This document shows positions 50,509-53,473 of a stretch of 53,473 nucleotides of DNA, in pieces (within the stretch, counting starts at the first letter, position 1; every line of letters starts with the position of its first letter). A program made the translations under genes and the position numbers. The notes under the pieces were generated by a model. The model saw only the letters and a list, made by a program, of their open reading frames with translations. It made no database searches and was not told the origin of the DNA. The DNA is from Callorhinchus milii (lineage: Eukaryota), in assembly GCF_018977255.1 (NCBI RefSeq), contig NW_024705336.1, positions 1-53,473 on the forward strand, written 5' to 3'.

Positions 50509-50551
50509 TCACGACGTTTCGATCGCAACACAAGCAATCGTCATCAGGTGA
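50509..50551 (-). ncRNA. Minimal type-I hammerhead ribozyme motif (within Penelope-like remnant ~50428-50580)
   Basis: Minus strand tcac-CTGATGA-c-gattgc-ttgtgtt-gcgatc-GAAA-cg-TC-gtga. The core is canonical, stem I is 4 bp and stem II is 6 bp (one G-U). Confidence 0.78.
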
Positions 50552-52978
50552 AAAAAATACCAGAAGACCCAAAAATAAGAGCAATAGGCTTTACTGTTCG
50601 CATGTTCAAACACCAAGGCATCAAGTCTGCATTCACCACACGTGCTTGTGGTAAAAACAAGCCAACATGCTCTGATTATTACATATGCATTGCCTTTGAA
50701 AGTGATTGGCCTACACCAGAGACAGCCTTGCTAATGGCCATGTCTCACCAGTGTGAGACCAGAGAACACCATGAGGTGAACAGCACAAAGGCAATATGCA
50801 AATATCAAAGCATGAAGAGCTCAGATTGAGCAGTTATATCCATGGGGACCTTCTTTGCCAGCATATTGGCAAAAAAAAAAATGATATTTCCAAAATGAAC
50901 ACTCGTATCAGCAACAACAGTTCCCTCCACAAAGCTCCTTAATACCTGCTCCTCTGGAGGTGGGTACCAGCAGAAGCACATCTCTTGCGGGGAGGGCGGG
51001 GGGGGCAGTGAGGGATCCAGGATGTAGGAAATAAGCTCCCGACCCTTCTCGCTCCCGAGAACACAGGACAGACCTGCACGGAAATACACCGCTGCCTCTC
51101 CTCTAATCCAACACCAAAGGGGAATGGACATTTGGACCATTTTCACTGATTGTGGTGAGGCAATTTTTTCGTGAGGGGATGTTTTTACATTGTGGTAAGA
51201 GGAATTTTTTTTGTCATATTGTGGCGAGGGGATTGTTTGTTATATTGTGGTGGGTGTGGGGGGGATAGGAGAAAGTTTTTTGTTGTTGCCAAAATCCAAT
51301 TTTCTGCGGCCCAACTCCCCGCGTCATTGTCAAGTTCACCTTCGATCTCCGGTGATGAGGGGGGGCGATGCTCCAAGCAATACAGGGGGGAATCTGCCGT
51401 GCGGGGAGTAATGGTAAACACCCTGGACTTGCAATCCAGAGGTTGGACGGGCTCGATCACCTCCCGGCGTGGCAGTCGAAACAACGGGTAAGTTTTCGTT
51501 AAGCGAGAGCAGCGCGTGAAACCAACTGCACCACCACGGATTTTTTTTGTGTGTTTCGTCGGTTGTCCTTCTTCCCGCACCTCCGACTAGCACGGTTGGC
51601 TATGTACGGTGCGAAATAAGTTCACACACAAACATCATGTACAGTACACGGATAAAAAAAATCCTCCAATCGGAGTTACGGACAGTAAGGACACGTGTTA
51701 ATAGCACCTGCCCTGAGGGAAATCACGTCACAAGCAGGAGTTGGGGTGTGTCCAGCACCACTGCTGACCACCTTTATCTTCCCAGTTTTGATTTTCAGAC
51801 GTGGCATTCGGTGTAGCCCAAGTAGACCTGCTTAAAGAAACTGAAAACTGTTCCCCATCTGTGCAAAACGTAACTATCATCTAATGTGTTGCCAACCAAC
51901 ATCGGAAAGATGTGCTTTGAAAGCGCCTTCATCTTGGTTACAACATATAGCCCAACGTTGCATATATCCGATGGGTTACATATCCGCCCTGACCATTTAG
52001 CCGTCCCCCACTCAGTGCAGTGTACTCGTGGAGTCACTACCTCGTCTCCATTCTCAATCCTCTTCCTCCCCCTCGCCCCGCCACTCCTTCCCCCGTCTCT
52101 CGCCTGCCCTTCCGTGACCCGTGTGCCACCTCTGGTGCGGTCACTCATTCGTCGACCCTTGCACGCCCCTTGCCAACAAAAACACTCCCCTTCTTGCGAC
52201 CGTTTCTTTTCTAACGATGCAAAGCGCCTTGAGCGAAGGCGCTCTATAAATATGAAATAAGAGAAGATCTTCCAAAAATGTTCACATATTCGACCTTTTC
52301 ACATATCCACCTCTGCCCCAGTCCCCCCCCTCCGCACCGAGTGAGTCGGATAAGTGCCGTTGTACGGTACACTGCATAAAACTACGCGGGATGTTGCTTA
52401 AGATATAAAAAGCAACAACAAAAAATGCATCCATTGATGTTATTGTCGCAATGCGCCATCATTATTCCTTCAATATTACGGCGTTAGCCTCAAATCAAAA
52501 TGACATTGTGCAAACAATGAGGAACATATTGCTTCCCACATTTCCCACGAAAATAAAAGAAGTAAATAATGAATTAAGGATAATAAATAATGCTGCCCCG
52601 CTTATGACTTTTCAGCGTAAGCGAAGAAAAAAACCCACCCCCGAATTAAATCATACTTGAATTCTATTACAAATTCCAGGGAAACGACCTTCGGGCTCGT
52701 TAGTTTGCAAGGCTGCGGCATCGTTCCCAGAGACGTTCCCGGGGTCTGCGAGGAATATTCCGCAAGGTTTATACAAATGGGATAAAAATGTCCTTACGCA
52801 TCGCGGGGCGGGGGGTGAGCGGGCGATGAATGGGAGCTTGGGGGGGGAGAATTTGCGATGGGAGCGACTAAAGCTTCAGGATGCATCGCAGTGGGAAAGG
52901 AGTGGGCCGCAAAGGAAACTGTTAAATGGGCCACCCACAAACCCAGTAGACGGAGATTCATCTTTTGGACGATAACAC

Positions 52979-53110
52979 GTGTGTGTGTGTGTGTGTACGG
53001 TGAACTTCTTTCGTGCCGTACGTAGCCGACCGTGCTAATCGGAGGTGCGGGAAGGACAACAAGCTCAAGACAAAAAAGCAGTTCTGAAATAAATGAGTTT
53101 TCAATCCAGA
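52979..53110 (-). mobile_element. L2 LINE 3' end with (CA)n tail
   Basis: Minus strand tctggattgaaaactcatttatttcagaactgcttt...ttgtccttcccgcacctccgattagcacggtcggctacgtacggcacgaaagaagttcacc, then (ac)n. Confidence 0.8.
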
Positions 53111-53473
53111 ACGGCCCGCGCGGGTGGCGGCGCTCGTTGCAGAGGCTCGCGATTCGAATCCGACGAGGCCGCGTTAACCGTAAAGACGCACGCCGTCACA
53201 GCGGACGTTTACAGATCCAATGACGCGCGTTCAAAAACAGGAGGCCGCCGTGTGCGGGCGTCCCGGTCCCAAATTTGAGAGAGAAAAAAAATTACTCGAA
53301 AGTTACTCAAATGTAATTTACACTCACGGCAACATCACCACTACTGTGAAACTATTCAGGACTATTGCAGATATGAAAATGTACTAAATATTGAATTCTC
53401 AGAGTTTAAGTCCAATCGTAGTTGAAACGATGCCCATATCCTGCGGCATGCTTATAATTACAATATTTATTCA

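Noticed and set aside
51395..51470. tRNA gene (ctgga-cttgcaa-tccag anticodon arm)
   Set aside because: The T-arm and acceptor stem are disrupted and the sequence continues into a SINE body shared with 32945. It is a SINE head, not a functional tRNA.
16100..53473. Lamprey VLR germline gene or LRR cassettes
   Set aside because: A manual search on both strands found no VLR signal peptide, LRR consensus (NQL..LP.GVFD.L) or Thr-rich stalk. SAFDRLPN at ~38275 is an isolated chance match.

Overview
The window has two very different parts. Bases ~1-16,100 look like uniform random or shuffled DNA: I found no genes, repeats or low-complexity tracts there, and it may be filler. Bases ~16,100-53,473 are repeat-rich, non-coding eukaryotic DNA, probably lamprey (inferred from V-SINE/Lam1-like SINEs, retained CpGs and poly-G/C runs). 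I see no intact protein-coding gene; the only protein-like signal is a frameshifted L2-clade LINE ORF2 C-terminus. The natural part holds nine V-SINE-like copies, RTE-tailed and Nin-like tRNA SINEs, eight L2 3' ends, a hAT MITE with 8-bp TSD, a foldback element, a 35-bp minisatellite and AT-rich enhancer-like blocks. The most notable signal is a small repeat family carrying minimal type-I hammerhead ribozyme motifs (40327-40367 +, 50509-50551 -). Stem II covaries between the two copies, both have inverted flanks typical of Penelope-like retroelements, and a third copy with a 14-bp TSD starts almost at the predicted cleavage site.
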